Shown: one piece after another, positions 24,100 through 37,067 of the stretch | How the letters are laid out: each line of letters opens with the position of its first letter | Numbering within the stretch: position 1 is the first letter of the stretch | Assembly (NCBI RefSeq): GCF_006345805.1 | Contig: NC_043012.1 | Coordinates: 19,778,001 to 19,842,000 of the forward strand | DNA length: 64,000 bases | Origin: Octopus sinensis | Lineage: Eukaryota | Reading direction: 5' to 3' | Translations under genes and position numbers: made by a program | Notes under the pieces: generated by a model | What the model was told of the DNA's origin: nothing | Database searches by the model: none | The model's input: only the letters and a program-made list of their open reading frames with translations

Positions 24100-25560
24100 A
24101 CCCCCCCCCGAACCCCGTCTCGCCACTGATAACTGAGATAAGCCCTGTGTCGCGTTCAAGAAGTTACATCCTCTCGCAACTTCCGCGCTACATTCTTCCA
24201 TCGATTCTCAAACACATTCGCAGTCAGGCCTTTCCTCTCTAGCCCTATTTTCTGTTTAAGGTAGAGATGAAATAATTCACCAGTGCAGAGCCAGAAATGA
24301 AAACGCCCGACTTTAACCCTTTTATCCTAGTTCTCTAAATTACCTCTCTCGCAATTGCTACTACGATGAGAAAACAAATCTTACCTTCTTTCGAGAGCAC
24401 ATCCGGTAGGTCAATTTTTAATATAGACTCAGTCGATAGCTGTACTCTTCCTGTACTTTGTTCAGCACACTTTCGACACCTCCGAACACTGCACAATAGC
24501 ATGCGGGACGGTTTCTCTATCCTGCCCACACCTTGGAGAGGTCGGAGAGCCGCAGCCACCCAGCCTTGTGAGTTTGTCCAAAACAGCTAAGGATCTTGGG
24601 TAACACTGCTATGCCAGATACTTCTGAAATTATCCAGGGTCTTCGGCTGGAATATACGTCGGAAGAGACTGGGTAGCTGATTATCATCGAGACCTAGGGC
24701 TCCTCCTAAGTTATCGTCACATTTCGCCTCTACACGCACTCTGTAAAAGAATGCGGTGGAACCCCTACCGCAGACATTGCCCGAGCAGGAGGGGCCTTGC
24801 GAAACTCCGCATACCATGTACCCAAATTCGATCTTCGACGCAACTTGGTTCCCCATCCAACGAAACTAGTGAACTTGGGAAACATCTGTTTCGCCAGCGG
24901 AGACCACAACCGTTCACCATCCAGGTGGAGCCACAGATGCCTCGAGCTCAGCGCATGTTTTCACGTCAACAGTCAAGGCATTCCTTGCCCACGCTTTAAC
25001 AAATGTTGGCAGCAAATAGAGCGTCTCACAAGTGGTTTCGAGCCCCTCCACAAAAAGCGGAAGAGCTATCTTTCCAGCTTGGTCAACCACGAATCAGGGC
25101 AAGGAATGACGGTTAGGCGGTAGGTGATAACTTATGCGATGAACTCATTGGTTATCTCCGCCCTCCCTTTCAGGGATATCCACTGACAAGACCAGGTCTT
25201 GATTATGTGGGTCACCCTGCTCGATACCTCGGCCCAGTACATCTCTATTTAGAGGTCTGGTTCAAACCAAACTCCTAGCAACTTAATCAGACGCTGTCAG
25301 GAGGCATCGACTTGCATCTCGAGGTGCTGAGGTGCAAGCCAGCTGATTTTGCACGATCATCTTGCCACCGTCTCGTAAACCTCAATAGACTTGCCTACCT
25401 TTTGTAGGTGGTCCAATTCGGTTACGACGATGGTGATGCAATCTGCGTAGGCTGAAACTGACTTTCCACAACCTGGCTGCCTTGGGTTGACGCCCAATAT
25501 TCGCAGTAATGGCTCAAGAGCCATTATATAGAAAAGCGGTGAGAGCAGACACCCTTAATT
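24100..25560 (-). mobile_element. L1/Tx1-clade LINE relic (RT C-terminal half plus CCHC finger and 3' region)
   Basis: Minus strand: GCLLSPLFYIMALEPLLRIL, SAYADCITIVV (YADD), IKLLGVWFEPDL and SPRCGQDRETVPHAIVQC. The region is a GC-richer island. Confidence 0.85.
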
Positions 25561-25561
25561 C

Positions 25562-25905
25562 TACTGGGTTGCCCGGAAAGTCCGTGCCGATATATAGTAG
25601 CTAAACTTTCGACTTATTTTAGAACATAAAATAACATTTGACTACACCTCCATTTAGAGTACAATTTAAGCTATCTTTTCGTGGAATAAAGTTTATGTTC
25701 CTATAACCTATGTTAATTCTGTAACCCTTTAAAATGGAAGATAAGAAAGTTGATTTTCGGCACTAGATGCTTTTTTTTTCCGTAAAGGGAAAAAATGCCT
25801 CACCAGCAACCAAAGAAATGTGCGCAGTTTACCGTGATGTTTCTTTATCCGAAACGATTGTACGGACGTGGTTCGAAAGTTCCGAGCTAGAGATTGTAGC
25901 CTTAA
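25562..25905 (+). mobile_element. Mariner transposon 5' end: TIR plus transposase N-terminus
   Basis: TA-CTGGGTTGCCCGGAAAGTCCGTGCCG terminus. ATG at 25734 gives MEDKKVDFRH*MLFFFRKGKNASPATKEMCAVY...SETIVRTWF, the mariner HTH. Confidence 0.85.
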
Positions 25906-25971
25906 TTCAACTTAATTTGTCAACAACTGCGGAATTCGAACTCTGAACCTAACGGGAGACGAACTACCTAT

Positions 25972-26198
25972 TTCTTTATTACATTCAAGGGGCTAAATAC
26001 AGAGAAGACAAATAAGGAAGACAGACGGATTAAGTCGATTACATCGGCCCCGGGGTGTAACTGGTACTTAATTTATCGACCCCGAAAGAATGAATGGCAA
26101 AGTCGACCTCGGTGGAATTTGAACTCAGAATGTAACGGTAGACGAAATATCGCTAAGCATTTCGCCCGGCGTGCTAACGTTTCTCCCAGTTCGCCGCC
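25972..26198 (-). mobile_element. SINE family A copy
   Basis: Reverse complement of the 14807-15030 element. Confidence 0.9.
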
Positions 26199-27048
26199 TT
26201 ATAAACAAGAAACAGGTGGACGTCACAAGAGATATAGTAACTTCATGCTCGGTGAAATGACGTTTCGAGCATATCTCTTCGTCGTAAGGGAGAAAGGGAA
26301 AATTCCAAAGACAGAAAAAGGAATCGCCAGCAGGATGCTTTTTGCGCACTGAGTAGTATATCGCGTCAATTGAATGTTTGAGCAGAAATATATAATCTTC
26401 CACTCTTCAAATAATGAAAAGCGTGAAATTTTTGCTATAATATATTGTAAACAATGCAGTATGACATAGTTTTTCATGCACTTGCAGATAAACAGGTTTG
26501 TTTTATATTTAGAGATCGCACTGCAGTCATTTAAAACAGTATAATACAGAAAGTTATTCAATAGAAATTGCTGTCATATATTCTGTATTTTATTTTTTGT
26601 TGCCGATTCTGCTTTGAAGTGTATGGCATGTAAGATACAATAACGAAACACTGCAGTTATGGAATAAAACAGCACTGCGTCTCCGAAGAAAAAAAACATC
26701 TCCAAAAGAAGACACAATGGTTATTGTTTGACAGAAATAATTCTAACAATGTCGGAATCTATATACATTCGGAAGAAAATAGGAAAATTGTAAAAGAATT
26801 CTCGCTATTACATAATTCTTATAAACAGAGCAAAGGCTATATATATAGAATTATAATTTGATACAAACTAATTCGTCCACCCATATATGTGTGTGAATGT
26901 GTGTGTGTGATTGTCTATGTGTCTGTCTGAATCTATATATTTTTATTTAAGTATACACACACTCCCCCCCCCCCACACACACATCTGCTAATCATTGAAA
27001 AGTGAAAGAAATTGGAATACGATAGTTACTTAATGCAATTTATATGTA

Positions 27049-27089
<41 letters not shown>

Positions 27090-27489
27090 ATATATATATA
27101 TATATATATACTTTGTATAATTTATGCACAATTTTATGAACATGATGCACAGCACTCATAAAATGAATATTTACTCGTATTTTTCCATTTTCCCCAGAAA
27201 CAAAAAAATTACATTTTAATATTTAGATTATCACAATTCCATATCTAGAAAACCAGAATTTTATAGCAAAAAATTATTTTATATGTAAAATATAGGGGTT
27301 ACAATTTCACGGGGGTAAAATGTTAATACAAAATGGCGTGCTCTGAAAAACCACACGTTGCTAACTTATAAACCAAAGCGATGGGTCAGAGCCAGTACAC
27401 ATTTCAATTTGCGTACACTGTTTAAGCCAACATTAGTTCGCCCTCTTCTTTTTCCTTGATGGTCAGTGCTGACAATATTAACTCTCACA

Positions 27490-27675
27490 TCAGATAATTT
27501 GCGGGCTCTTGAGAATGAAACATATAACTGACCATGGCCGAATGTTTAGACAACTGCAGCTCCAATTTGCGAAATGTCTGCCCTTGCGATTTACTGATAG
27601 CCATTGCATATGACATGCGAATGGGAAACTGGTTTCTTTCTAAAGTGAATAGCAAATTTGGGATTTGCATGCCGT
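27490..27675 (-). mobile_element. Helitron PIF1-helicase C-terminal fragment
   Basis: RNQFPIRMSYAMAISKSQGQTF, followed by frameshifted FGHGQLYV. Confidence 0.8.
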
Positions 27676-27778
27676 AAGTGACAAGTGATATTGAAAAAAA
27701 AAACTTCCTTCATTTAAAACGAAAAAAATACTTTACACTATGCAGTAAACCATGCCACCTCCATCACCACTATCGGTC

Positions 27779-27834
<56 letters not shown>

Positions 27835-28199
27835 TGTCTGTCTTTATTCTCGCCTACAGAAAATCACCCCGCTGATAAAATTATATTCCCACCTGTCCTC
27901 CTACCACATGTCATGGACGCTTCTCTCGCCATCTTTTCTCCCTCCCTTTTTTTTCTTTCTGCCCCTTTCTACCTCACTCTTCGCCTCATCCTGTTTTTCT
28001 CTCCCCTTTTTCTTTCACTTGTTCTCTGTTTCCCTTCAACTAATCATGTGAAAGCGTTACAATTATGTTCCCTCCAACTCACGTAATGGACGCTTCTCTC
28101 ACCCTTTTTATCTCTCTTCCCCCTTTTCTTTCCACCACTCTTCCTCTAATCACGAAAAAGCGTCCCCGACGGGCTAAGCAACATAATCACAAGCAGAAT

Positions 28200-28580
28200 T
28201 ATTATAACATATAGCTACTCACCACAGTTCCACCTTTCTGTAAGAGGTTTTCTGTGAATCCTTGTAAATGCTTACAGTGTTTTAGAATCCTGCAAACTTC
28301 AGCTATTTTCTTTGCAGCAACTGCAGTAGTGCTTCAAAGTATTTCATTTCCTGCTGAATTTTTCATCATTTTAGTATCATGTTTAATATTAACTAGTCGT
28401 TGACACTCATTCGTGTAAGCTAAATGTCCACTGATTTCTCCAAGTTGGTTGCGACAGCATTTTGCATATCATCATAGTTTGGTGATGTGATCCCAGAAAC
28501 GAAGATTAGTTTCTTAAAATGGTCATCGGTCATTGTTTGTCTTTCACATTTTGTGCATTGTAATAAAATCATATAAAAGC
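28200..28580 (-). mobile_element. Ty3/Gypsy gag fragment, degenerate
   Basis: Minus frames read DHFKKLIFVSGITSP, ECQRLVNIKHDTKM and RWNCGE (remnant of a zinc knuckle), the order seen in K02A2.6-like Gypsy gag proteins. Confidence 0.6.
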
Positions 28581-28797
28581 ATATATAATAAAGTAATAAA
28601 ACATTTATAATTTTTTTATTAATATTTGTTAAGATGAGATTCATCATCGAAACCGGCAGTATTTTATCATTTTATTCAATTCCTTCTAAGTTCAAAAGGT
28701 CTCAGATTTACTTCTGTGCCATTTACATCTCCAATTTTTTTATATAAAAAATAATTTGTACACATCTCTAATCTTTTATCAACTTTTCATCCGTTCA

Positions 28798-28990
28798 GTG
28801 TCGATTTTGCCTTTCGTCCTTTCGGGGGTGATAAATTAAGTACCAGTTGCGTACTGGGGTCGATCTAATCGACTGGCCCCCACTCCCAAAATTTCGGGCC
28901 TTGTGCCAAGAATAGAAAAGAATATTGAATTGAAAATATGGCGGTGAGCTGGCGGAGACATTTGCAGGCCGGGCGAAAGTATATTACTCT
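28798..28990 (+). mobile_element. SINE family A 3' half followed by a 5' head fragment
   Basis: GTCGATTTTGCCTTTCGTCCTTTCGGGGGTGATAAATTAAGTACCAG...GAAAAGAAT, then GGCGGTGAGCTGGCGGAGAC. Confidence 0.75.
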
Positions 28991-29061
28991 ACCACTGGTA
29001 TTTGAGTACTCTTTTTCCACCTTGTTTCACATTTATGTGTTTACTCCGGTATATATATATA

Positions 29062-29214
<153 letters not shown>

Positions 29215-29642
29215 TAGATATACATATGTATTCAATTACGAGTTTCGGCTGAAGGCATAATAAGCTGAGTATATTTTCTCATGTAATGCGATCAAATGAG
29301 CTTTATTTTTCAGCAGTACACATGACATCATCGGATTCGCTATACTGATTCACAATCAGACTTTTGTTTTCTTTTTGTTGAGATCCAGATGATAGCCAGA
29401 CAAGGCCAAATCTGGGGGAAAGGGTGGCTGAACAACCAGTTTAAATCTACCATAATGGACAGCAAGGACCTGTATGCCAGAGCATTGTCTTCATAAAACA
29501 CAACCCTTTCCCCTCATTTTTCTTGGTCGGTTGGTTTTTCATTGACTTTTGTACCTACCTCAGCAAGGTGATATAGTACAATGATGATTTGGACCTTTTA
29601 AAGATAGTCAATAAACACAATGGCATTTGCATCTCAAAAACC

Positions 29643-29689
<47 letters not shown>

Positions 29690-29694
<5 letters not shown>

Positions 29695-30095
29695 TTTCTT
29701 TTACTCTTTTACTCGTTTCAGCCATGTGACTGTGGCCATGTTGGAGCACCGCCTTTAGTCGAGCAAATCAACCCCTTTGTAAGCCTAGTATTTATTCCAT
29801 CGGTCCCTTTCTGAATCGATACTTTACGGGGACGTAAACACACCAGCATCGGTTGTCAAGCGATGTTGGGGGAGACAAACACAGACACACAAACATATAC
29901 ACACACATACATATACATATATACATATATTCGACGGGCTTCTTTCAGTTTCCGTCTACCAAATCCACTCACAAGGCTTCCGTCGGCCCGAGGCTATAAT
30001 AGAAGACACTTGCCCAAGGTGCCACTAACTGGGACTGAACCCAGACCCATGTGGTTTGTAAGCAAGCTACTTCCCACACAGCCACTCCTACGCCT
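29690..30095 (-). mobile_element. SINE family B, full length
   Basis: Reverse complement of the 9991-10395 family. Confidence 0.9.
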
Positions 30096-30099
30096 ATAC

Positions 30100-30130
<31 letters not shown>

Positions 30131-31761
30131 CGCGCGCGCGGGCGTGTGCATTTGTGTACGTGTGTGTGCCTTCGTGCGAGTCTGTGTATGAGAGCGTGTG
30201 TGCGGACAAATTTGTTTACGCGTTTGGGTGTGTGTTACTATTGATGCCAATGTGTACAGATAGGTTTGCACGTGTAGTGAGATACAATGATATACTGCCC
30301 TGGAGAATGGAATAGGGAAGCGCGATGTTTGTAGGATCAAAAACACAGAGACATTGATTATATATAATGACATATACAGTTAAATGTCAAGTAATATTAC
30401 TAACGAAAATGAGCTGAGAGATTTTCGATGGTAAACAAAGAAAAGTATCTTGGAAGACATACTCTTTGTTTGCTTGTATGAAACAAGTAATGCCCCAGCG
30501 GACAGGCAGAGACGATTTTTTCTGCAAGCATTGTACAGATACAATAAAACAGAGAAACATGCTGAATGCAATTACTATCGTGAAATTAAGAGAAACGAGA
30601 CAAGCGAGGACATTTTCATGACATCCGAGTGCTTTGCAAGGGCAGTTCTCTAATTTTCTCTTTCTTTCTCTTCCTTCTTCTTCTTCTTCTCTCCCTCTCC
30701 CCCTTTTTCTTTCTTTCTTCCTTCACCCCCTTACTCCCCCGCTCACCTTCCATCTCTCATTCTCCCCCACACATCCGCATACACACAAAATTATTCTTTC
30801 TTTTCAATGTGGTTGGTAAGCAGTTTTCCGTCACCAAACAGTTTTTCGACTCATATATTATTATGTAACATATGAGTCACTGTGTAACGAAACATCTCTC
30901 AAAGAACAAAAAGAGAAGTTAATTCTACCACTTCATAGCAAAGGTGACATCATTTTAAAACATTTCTTTTATCTTAAACACACATGGCTATCGAATAAAA
31001 ATATCTAGAATTCATCCAACTGTTCGTTCTTCGTGCCAAAAACAAGCCCTAAGGGTTGCGCAAAACTCAAGATGTTATCTTAATAAAATAGATTAGTTAT
31101 AGGAAAACAGAATTCTATGTATGTTGCTTACAAAAACTGTTAATGAAGTAGAATATTTACGCACGATTGGAATATTATACATTAATATGTTTGTTCTGTG
31201 AAATCTTTATTGCCCTGGCATGATTATATAAAAGTTGTTTTGTTCTCACCAATTGAACATGGAACAGAATGCAATAATGTAGTATTAACTTAAACATATG
31301 CTGGACATAATCTCCAGCTAAAAGATCGAAATAATAATAATGTAGAAACGGTTGAAACGTATTCATTCTATTTGGTAGAAATATTGAATATTTGAAGAGA
31401 AAATTCAGGAAGGTTTGAAAAGGTTTCGGAGACTTGTAGCTTTTCTCCAGGTTGCAAAGATGAAGCATTTCTGTTGTTTGGCTTCTGAGCACTCTCATTT
31501 ATGAAAATCGCGAAAAAAAACCTCCCTGAGTTTGTACATAAAATTCGACAGTGAGATTTTTGAAATGCCCTTCCTCTGTCACGTAAACTAAATACAAAAA
31601 CACCCCTTTGTGCATGTTACCATTGAAGATTTTTACTCATTTAGCATGCTGCCATTCTACACATCACAGAGTATCTAGTGATATATCCTTACCTGTTTAC
31701 TTTAAATCACTTCACTGTGCTATTCATCCATACATTTTGTATATATATATATATTATATAT

Positions 31762-31817
<56 letters not shown>

Positions 31818-31867
31818 ATATTTTTGTCAGGTAACTAAAAAAATGTATCCACGCTACTATATATTAC

Positions 31868-32135
31868 ACTTTTACTATTTTACTCGTTCCAGTCTGTGGC
31901 CATGCTGGAGCACCACCTTTAGTCGAGCAAATCGACCCCAGGATTTATTCTTTGGAAGCCTAGTATATACGATAAGCTTCTTTCAGTTTCCATATTACCA
32001 AATCCACTCACAAGGCTTTGGTCGGCCCGAGGCTATAGTAGAAGACAGTTGCCCAAGGTGCCACGCAGTGGGACTGAACCCGGAACCATGTGGTTCGTAA
32101 GCAGGCTACTTACCACAGTGCCACTCCTACGCCTA
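31868..32135 (-). mobile_element. SINE family B with internal deletion
   Basis: Head and tail are present; the central microsatellite and body are missing. Confidence 0.85.
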
Positions 32136-32473
32136 TATAGTATTTTTTTCTTATAATATAAGTGATCAAAACATTTATTGAAATCTGTATAAAAGTTTTA
32201 AGCAATTGCTTGTGAAATAACTATTGTTTCGATAATATGATACATTAAGTAATACATTAACGGATTTTAAAATTTTAATATACGTTATAATATAAGTGTA
32301 CCATTTTATAAAATTGCATTTTTCGTACATTTCTCTCATATTTCCCAATTTTCAGTAAACGACTCCATCAGTCACTCATGATAAATAGGAACATCCGAGA
32401 ACTTTTATATCATAAAGTCAAAATATTTTATTTTAATTGTTTTCACTATAAATGAACAACATTGCTTATTTTA

Positions 32474-32612
32474 TGGCAGTCTATAAATATAAGACTAAAG
32501 CTGTCGCTAATTAGCTCCAAGAGGCCATCGCCTCTAGCTAGCTATATGACACACGAACCTGCCTCTTGGAGCTACTCAGCGACAGCTTTAGTCTTATATT
32601 TATAGACTGCCA
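32474..32612. mobile_element. 139-bp MITE with ~51-bp TIRs
   Basis: TGGCAGTCTATAAATATAAGACTAAAGCTGTCGCT.. pairs with ..AGCGACAGCTTTAGTCTTATATTTATAGACTGCCA. TTTTA lies on both flanks. Confidence 0.85.
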
Positions 32613-34329
32613 TTTTAGTATGGCGATAACTATTAATATCCAGTAACGCTGCCGTAATCTCCTTTAGAGAGACTTAGTAATTTTAATATTTCTATTATTG
32701 CTTATTTTATTTTATTACTATTATCATTTTTTGCCCATTTCTGTTGTTTCATATGGTTATTCATTTCTGCAATCAAATTTTTGTTAAGCAGATTCTCAAT
32801 TGATATAAGATACTACAGTTTAGTTTCCAAGCGTTGTCGGAATGACTTAACTGTGTTCCATACGAAAGAAAGCTAAAAGAGTCTAGACCCTAAAATGTAT
32901 TTTAATCTGAGTTACATGACATGTAATAAGAGAGCGACAGGTAGAGATTATCCGTAGACATTTAATGTGAAGCAGGAGTTTATGGACGTGAGTCTATATC
33001 CATGTGTGTTTCAAGAAAGAGAGAGAAATAGAGAGAGAGAGAGGAGATGGAGAGGGAGTCGGTGTGTTGTGGGTCCGTGCACGTGTACGTGTTGGTATCT
33101 TAATTATTGGCTTCGAAATAAGTATATAAATATATACATATTTAAATTCATTACCCATTTTGCATGAGCAATGATATACGTCAATAAATATAAAGAATAA
33201 ATAAAGTAAATACGGAATACTAACTGAAGCACGTTTAACTTTAGTATTTAGTGCATGTGCAATATTCACATACGAATATCGTAGTTTACATAATGATATC
33301 AATAAAAAGTATGCTCCTATAGAATTCCCTTTCATATTGCAATTGGACGAATTCACCAAATCTGCTTTCATTGATTTAATTAACATGAGTCTAAAAGTAA
33401 ATACATAGATCTATTGTATATTATATTATGTGAATTATAAATGAATGCTATCATGTTGGTTGAATACAATACATGTAAGTGTATGCGTGTGTGTGTCTGT
33501 GTGTGTCTCTGTGTGTGCCTGATTGCATATGTGAGTGTAATTACGAGTGTACGTGTATGAATGTATACACACGTGCATGTATGTGTGTGTTTTGAAGCAC
33601 ATCAATATATACGAATAATGCGCTCTGATACTTATACACACCAGTATAGATTTACTCATGGAGTTTATGCATTTGTTGTTTTTACAGCTATGGATAAATG
33701 AGTAGTAATATGTTTCTGCGGATGTTTTATAGATTACTACATGACAATTCACTTCGTTGTTGAAAATTCACGTCGTTCTACAAATTTGGCACAAGTTTTA
33801 CAGTTTCCCAAAAGGAAAAGAAAATAATACAATATCCCGGCCGAAACTAAATGTATGTGGATATTATACCAAAAAATACCAAATTAACTGAGGCTGGGAG
33901 ATAACAGTTTAGACAACATTAGAGGGCCTCAGCTTTCACCCGGCATCAAGAGGGCTCCGGAACCCTTTGCATGCGTTTGTCACTATACCCCTAGCAATGC
34001 CTTCAAAACCTCAAAAACCTTGGCTACCTGCACGGTATTGGCGTCGCAGGCAGAGCAGCGTGTGTCTTCAGCAGAGGCCCAAACAGCCCGATAGAATGAT
34101 TATAATCGGGGAAATTAGGTGAGTAATTGGAAATGAGAAACTCATGTTTTTTCTGAGACAGTTACTTGTGACATTTTCCGCAGGTGTGCCATTGGCCGAA
34201 CGGTGCGGCTACACAGCAGCAATTCTCTCCAACAAAATTTGACCACAGTCTCTTACAGGCCTATAGCCGTCTGAATTGATGTTGAAGGTTTGGGGTGCGG
34301 CATGGCTTCAAATTTACTGAAGAATGCAC

Positions 34330-34880
34330 ATCGTAAATTGAAGGAAGTTAGTTTTCATAACACACGCAGCATACAGCATCACATATATTGATGGCAAGCT
34401 ACGAGTTGTATTGCATGTGGTGCGATTTGTCTTGGCAGTTGTTCTTTTCCTTTAAGAGGACCCAGATAATTCGCAAATAAACAATCACACTCAGCTTCTT
34501 GGGAACTACGTTGCTGAAGGTGTTAGTGCTGTCATGGGTCAAGAGGGTGACTGCTGGAAGACCCTATGTCTATCAACAGGACTCTGCCGCATGTCACACA
34601 AGCAAGAGAGATCAATCATGGCTGACAGATAATTTCTGCGACCACATCAATCCAAACATCTTACCACTTAATTCCCCAGACTCCAACACAGTTGATTCTT
34701 ATGTGTAAATTGCAGTTGAGAAAGACACCAACAACACTGTTTATAACAATAAAGATAATCTTAAGGCAGATAATAGCAGCACTTACCTTCTTAGACAAGA
34801 AGATCGTGCCGAAGATTTGCAGTAGGTTCCGAAGTCGCCTGGATGCCGTGGTTGAAGCCAATGGTGATTTTACCGAAATC
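34330..34880 (+). mobile_element. Tc1/mariner (maT/DD37D-like) transposase C-terminal relic
   Basis: PYVYQQDSAACHTSK..QSWLTDNF...NSPDSNTVDSYV, then ICSRFRSRLDAVVEANGDF. Confidence 0.85.
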
Positions 34881-35020
34881 ATATTACAATATCCTTTTAA
34901 TTTATTCTGTAAAATCACCATTGGCTTCAACCACGGCACGATCTTCTTGTCTAAGATGGTAAGTGCTGCTATTATCTGCCTGCAGACCATCTTTATTGTT
35001 ACACGCAGTGTTGTTGGTGT
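34725..35020. repeat. Inverted duplication of the transposase 3' end
   Basis: 34909-35020 is the reverse complement of 34725-34873, minus a 37-bp segment bounded by TGCCG. Confidence 0.9.
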
Positions 35021-35117
35021 ATATATATATGTATTGTATATATAGATTATATATATATGTATTATATATATTGATAGATTATATATATATATATAAATAT
35101 ATATAAGCATATATTTC

Positions 35118-35804
35118 CACAGGATGTCATGAAATGTATACCTCACAAAATAAAATGAAGGAGTACATGGAATATGAACTATCTTTTCGAACAACGAAAG
35201 ACACACAAGGAAAACAAGAACAATGCTCTTACTTTTTCGTTTTTGCTATTTTCCCTCTTAATCTCTAACCTCATCTTCTTCCGTTATTCTGTTCTATAAC
35301 TCTGTCACTCTCTCTCTTCTCCCTCATTTCTCCTCACTTGCTCACGTTGATCCCACGTGACCATCCACCATATTTCTTTTTTCTCCTAATTTGTGTTTCT
35401 TTCTCTCCGTTGTAGCGGGAACAAAGAAGACGTGTTCTTCTTTGTCTATGTCCAAGCTTGATTGACGCGTTCGCCACTACAACCTCGTTTCGGCTTACAA
35501 GCTCTTCCTGTTTTTTTTTTTTACTGTCCTGTTTGTGTTACCCAATTTTGACCCTCCGCTGCATACCAATTATTATTTAACTTGCTTTGCGAGAGTAACT
35601 GTTTTATCAAAAGGGTATATTGTTGTTATATGCTCGAAATACGAGAGTAGAAAAATAGCTAACAACAGATAAATGGTCATTCTTTATGTTTTTTTTCTTG
35701 TTTTTCATTTGTGTCTTTCGTTGTTCGAAACAATAGTTTATATTCCATGCACTCGTACTTTGTATTTTTGTTGTACACGTTTCATGACGTCTTGTGTTCA
35801 CATA

Positions 35805-35845
<41 letters not shown>

Positions 35846-36540
35846 GTATGGATGCAAATATGCGTATGTATATATCCATATGATTGATTCTAGTTTCATC
35901 TCAGGAGCTGTGGCCATGCTGGGGCACCGCCATTATTTGTATTATTTATATTATTTTATGATTGAGCGCCACGCTTCCATTTCCAAAAATGTTTTATCTT
36001 AATAATTCTAATATGCACTCTATACGATGTTTTTACGCTTTCTTTTTTCTCTCTTTCTCTCTTTTATTCATTTGCCTCGTCCTCTCCCAATATTCTATCC
36101 TCCTAATCTGTCAGTCTCTCTCCCTTGCTCATATGGCTCCCATTTGACCATCGGCATTCTTTCTCTCTTCTGAGCTGGAACAAAGAAGACGTGTTCTTGT
36201 CTGCATCCTGTCCAAGATTGACTTACGCGTTCACCACCACAACCTAGTTTAGGCTTATCAGCCCTACCTGTTTTCACTGTCCGCTTTGTATCACCAAGTT
36301 TTACCCTCCGCAAAATCCCAAACTTATTTAATTTTCTTTGCGGGAGGAACTATTTCATCGAAAGTGTATATTGTTGTTAAATGCCGAAATACGAGCAACA
36401 ACTGATGAAGGATCGTTCTTTATGTTGTTTATATTGTTTTCCATTTGTCTCTTTCGTTGTTCGAAAATAATAGTCCATATTCCATGTAGTCCATGTATTT
36501 ATATTTTGTTATACACGTTTCATGATGTCCTTTGCTCACA
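35118..36540 (+). mobile_element. Penelope-like 3' tail cluster: inverted fragment (35118-35220) plus two tandem copies (~35230-35800 and ~36000-36540)
   Basis: The copies share GGAACAAAGAAGACGTGTTCTT and CTTTCGTTGTTCGAAA blocks. A GGGTATAT/ATATGCTC stem is followed by GAAA at 35613-35639, and CTGATGA occurs at 36402. Confidence 0.55.
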
Positions 36541-36559
36541 CACACACACACACACACAC

Positions 36560-36638
<79 letters not shown>

Positions 36639-36718
36639 TAACAGTACTTGGAGAAGAAGAAGAACGGAACGAAACGAACGAATCGAATCGAATCGACGCG
36701 AGGGCGCTGTCAAACAAT

Positions 36719-37010
36719 AGTGTAATAAATAAAATATATCCATACATACAAACATATATGTACGTACCTACATCTACATGTACATATACATGCATGTATA
36801 AATATATACGTAAGTACAGGACACCACCACTAGACGTAGAACTCAACGAGAAACATGCTTGTTTTTTTCCGTTTTTGTTTCTCGTTCAGTTCTACGTCTA
36901 GTTGTGGTGTCCTGTACTTACGTATATATTTATATATGCATGTATATGTACATGTAGATGTAGGTACGTACATATGTTTGTATGTATGCATATATTTTAT
37001 TTATTATACT
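36719..37010. repeat. Fold-back inverted repeat, ~135-bp arms with 20-nt spacer
   Basis: Arms 36719-36855 and 36876-37010. The mirrored ORFs 36520..36846(-) and 36855..37112(+) share SSTSS.GVLYLRIYLYMHVYVHVDVGTY. Confidence 0.92.
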
Positions 37011-37014
37011 ATAT

Positions 37015-37067
<53 letters not shown>

